In this document: piece after piece, positions 61,354 to 64,000 of the stretch
Layout: every line of letters begins with the position of its first letter
Numbering within the stretch: position 1 is the stretch's first letter
From: an uncultured Gemmataceae bacterium
Lineage (GTDB): Bacteria > Planctomycetota > Planctomycetia > Gemmatales > Gemmataceae
DNA: 64,000 nucleotides
Reading direction: 5' to 3'
NCBI GenBank assembly: GCA_963750165.1
Contig: CAVVPN010000011.1
Coordinates: 1,984,001 to 2,048,000, forward strand
Position numbers and translations under genes: made by a program
Notes under the pieces: model-generated
Seen by the model: only the letters and a program-made list of their open reading frames with translations
The model's database searches: none
Told to the model about the DNA's origin: nothing

Positions 61354-61800
61354 CTATTTGTTGCGGGCGGCCTCGTAGTGCGCGATGTACTGCTCTGGCG
61401 TCGTCCAGGCCACCAACCTGGCGATGGTCTCCAGCGGCAGGTCTTCCAGCTTGCGGAAGCGGACACAGGATTTGCCCATGTCGAGCTTCTTGCCGGCCTT
61501 CTTGAAAGCGTCCTGGAGGAGCGCCAGCTGTTTGGGGTCGCCGTGGACGCCCGTGAGGTAGATCGAGAAGTAATGCTTCTGGGCGGCCAGGGCGACGTAA
61601 CTGAGGGGCTGGCCGTTGTAGGTGTCCGGGTAGCGCTCCAGTGGGATTTCGTAGCAGATGGCGCCCCAGTTGATGGCCTCGCGATAGCCTTTGGGCAGAT
61701 GGCGCAGGATCAGGTCGCGGACGGCGGACACGATGGCCCGGCGATCTTCGGGGAGCGCGTCGAGGTACTCGGCAACGGTGGCGGCCTTGTTCTTGAACAT
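61354..61800 (-). CDS. DUF1801 (YdhG-like) protein
   Basis: TVAEYLDALPEDRR, ALAAQKHYFSIY, DMGKSCVRF. Confidence 0.88.
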   Translation of the reverse strand: MFKNKAATVAEYLDALPEDRRAIVSAVRDLILRHLPKGYREAINWGAICYEIPLERYPDTYNGQPLSYVALAAQKHYFSIYLTGVHGDPKQLALLQDAFKKAGKKLDMGKSCVRFRKLEDLPLETIARLVAWTTPEQYIAHYEAARNK

Positions 61801-61857
61801 GCGGAACCTCTCGGACGAGTGGCGCTGGGAATCGCCAGCTGGCGGCGGCTGTCTAAT

Positions 61858-61905
61858 CAAGGGAGCCAAGGGAGCCAAGGGAGCCAACTTTTTCACACGT
61901 CGAGA
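61858..61905 (-). repeat. One-armed repeat family copy 4
   Basis: Minus strand TCTCGACGTGTGAAAAAG + 3x TTGGCTCCC + TTG. Confidence 0.88.
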
Positions 61906-62080
61906 ATGTCATCCCCTGGCACTCGCAACTGCTGTGCAAGGCCGCCGCGGAAGTGTACCCGATCCTGAGCCGGAGGCCAACGAGCGGACGGCCACTTCGC
62001 AAATGTCCTTGTGGATTTTGGTAAACTTGCCGAGTTCTACCAGAGATTACACGATGAACGGAAGCAGCCAGGACTGCTCA

Positions 62081-62200
62081 TCACGAGTTTTCTTTGCCAA
62101 GAGCCGGCCCGGTGTCCCACTCACGGGGAGGTTCTCGTCCGTCACGCCGCGCAACAACTCGCCGAGCGTGGGCGGGTTCTCGGACGGGCGGCGAATGATG
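62081..62200 (-). pseudogene. MazE/AbrB-type antitoxin C-terminal remnant
   Basis: IIRRPSENPPTLGELLRGVTDENLP / EWDTGPALGKENS (1-nt shift) resembles MazE C-termini. Confidence 0.5.
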
Positions 62201-62903
62201 CGCAGGTCCGTACACGTCGCCTGGTAACTGGCCTCCAGGTCGAGCGGCACCGAGAAGTCGGCGGCGATCCACAGGGGCAACGTCGGCAGCGGCTGGCCCA
62301 GCGCCATCAGCGCCGGCCAGAGCAGGAGCTTGTTGCGTCGCTTCTTCGCGGCCGACGGCCCGGTAAGACACCGCGGAGAGGTTTGACGGCATTGCGGCGT
62401 CGCCGGTCGTCACGCCCAGGAGGGACAGGATGGCGGCGTTCAGGTCGGCCCGGCGTGTGGTCACGGTGTCCACGACGACAACGCTACTGCCCTGTTGGAG
62501 GTAGCCGACACATTTGACGGCGAACGCTTGCCGGGCCTGGGGGCGGTCCTTGTAACGTGGGCTGACCAGTTCCACCGCGGCCGTCAGGCTCGGGTTGCCG
62601 TCGTCGGCGAACACCTGAACCTCGACGACATCAACCGCGGCTAACTCGACGGCGACCGCCAGACCAGGGGCTGGTGGCGCCCAGGGCTGGGGGCCGGTTC
62701 CGGGGACGGGGGCCTCGTGTTCGCGCAACGCAGCTACGTTGATTTCGATGGGACCATCGCGGTCAACGAGGGGAACGGCGTAATAGCCGTCTGGCAAGAC
62801 CCCCTGGTTGAGCAACCGGGCCATCGCGGCGGCCCAGGCGCCGTGGAAACTGCGCCAGGGGTGTACGGTTCAATGGTGGGTTGAAGTGATCGAGTAGCGG
62901 CAT
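62200..62903 (-). CDS. DUF4058 family protein, frameshifts near 62862 and 62328
   Basis: MPLLDHF...WRSFHGAW, AAVELVSPRYKDR, GQPLPTLPLW, VPLDLEASY. Confidence 0.8.
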
Positions 62904-62928
62904 GCCAGGCTCCTCCGACGGATTCGCT

Positions 62929-63261
62929 TCATTTCTTTTTCGGTGGGGATGTGAGCCAATCCATGAGGTTCAAGAGTGGGAAAAGGACCAGAATACCAGC
63001 CGCTGCGCCTCCGGCGGCCACGAAGTAGGGCGGCCCCGGGGTCAATACGCCCATCAGCGAGATGAAAGTCGCCAGGCCGGCAAACACCCGCATCTCGCAA
63101 CTCGGTGCGGCGAGCAACCCGACGATTGCCACCGCTACACACGCCAGGATCGGACTGACGTACGCCGCCAGCAGAAACGTGAGTAAGCCCCCGAGCGCGG
63201 CGGCTAATGCAATTGCCACTAAAACCCCAACCCGCAACAGCCGATCTTTCCGGTCAGCCAC
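62929..63261 (-). CDS. Small membrane protein
   Basis: GTG after AGGAG; four hydrophobic segments. Confidence 0.6.
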   Translation of the reverse strand: MADRKDRLLRVGVLVAIALAAALGGLLTFLLAAYVSPILACVAVAIVGLLAAPSCEMRVFAGLATFISLMGVLTPGPPYFVAAGGAAAGILVLFPLLNLMDWLTSPPKKK

Positions 63262-63304
63262 GGGCGGCTCCTGATCAGCGAAAAAGAAATCGCATTCCTG
63301 ACGG

Positions 63305-63805
63305 TCACCGTCCCCCAGGCCGTACCTCCACCGTCGCCGACTGCCCGACGTTCTCCTCCACCTCCACGCGCAGCACCTCCGGCCGGTAGTCGTGCTGCCG
63401 CTGCAAATCCTCCAGCAGCCGCCGCGCGATGTACCCCGCCAGCAGTTCGGCCGTCGTGTTCTCAATCGGCAGCAGGATGCAGTCGTCGCGCGGAAACACC
63501 CACTCCCGATCCTTGTAGCGCACGCGCACCGACGCGCCCTCCTCCTGCACGCTGATGAGCGGGTTGCGTGTCGCCAATAGCATGTGGTGGTCGAGGTAGT
63601 CCGTGATGACCTTGGTGCGCTGCTTCAGCGCGATGAAGTCGAAGACGTAGCGGTTGGCGTCCAGCGGTCCTTCGATCTCGACGGTGGCGCGGTAATTGTG
63701 GCCGTGCAACCGCTCGCACCTGTCGCCCTCGTAGCTGATGAAGTGGCCCGAGCAGAAAACCAGATGGTCCTTGGTGACGCGGACCTTGAAGTGCTCTGTC
63801 GCCAT
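63305..63805 (-). CDS. queD: 6-carboxytetrahydropterin synthase / PTPS family protein
   Basis: CERLHGHNY, DFIALK, LDHHML, NTTAELLA, VEVEE. Confidence 0.88.
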   Translation of the reverse strand: MATEHFKVRVTKDHLVFCSGHFISYEGDRCERLHGHNYRATVEIEGPLDANRYVFDFIALKQRTKVITDYLDHHMLLATRNPLISVQEEGASVRVRYKDREWVFPRDDCILLPIENTTAELLAGYIARRLLEDLQRQHDYRPEVLRVEVEENVGQSATVEVRPGGR

Positions 63806-63919
63806 GACGCGCCCTGGGATTCGACCCACCCGGCGCAGCGGTCGCCCGCACGGGCAATCAAATGGGCCGGGAGGAAGGTTATTGTAGCAACCTCCCTCCC
63901 GGCCCACAATCAAGCGGAA

Positions 63920-63976
63920 GTCCGAGCCCGAGCGCCAGCGAGGAGGCTGGCCCCTCGCTGGCGCTCGGACTCGGAC
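63920..63976. repeat. REP palindrome, TCCGAGCCCGAGCGCCAGCG family
   Basis: Matches 18998 and 38343. Confidence 0.85.
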
Positions 63977-64000
63977 GTTTCAGCGCCGCGTCGGCCGCCA

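Overview
This is a high-GC bacterial chromosomal segment, very likely from a Planctomycete of the Gemmataceae type. The assignment rests on DUF1501, DUF1559, PPC-domain, PQQ-propeller, DUF4058 and MoxR/DUF58 genes. It holds about 57 protein genes, mostly housekeeping or Planctomycete-typical: pgk, accD, zwf-opcA, two gnd paralogues, a LeuB-like dehydrogenase, asnB, uvrA-like, an S1 protein, Mn catalase, DsbD, a NamZ fusion, a kdgK-like kinase, queD and a sigma-54 activator. No rRNA, tRNA or CRISPR array was seen. About a dozen 1-2 bp frameshifts in conserved genes suggest long-read indel errors. The most striking feature is in the intergenic DNA. A GxxExxY (PD-(D/E)XK-fold) gene is enclosed by a 44/45-bp inverted repeat built from three 8-9-bp units (44457-44968) and sits directly on the moxR stop codon. 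Four gene-less hairpins share the same architecture (26727, 33594/35213, 52214, 53418), as expected for an autonomous/non-autonomous mobile element family. Two of those hairpins were later hit by other transposons: a 1507-bp IS and a 123-bp ISL3-like MITE, each with an 8-bp target duplication. Also present are a one-armed 9-bp-unit repeat family with a conserved TCTCGACGTGTGAAAAAGTTGGC head, several REP/REPIN families (one apparently inserted in frame in gndA), small low-GC toxin-antitoxin or nuclease islets and their remnants, and three sigma-54 promoter motifs.
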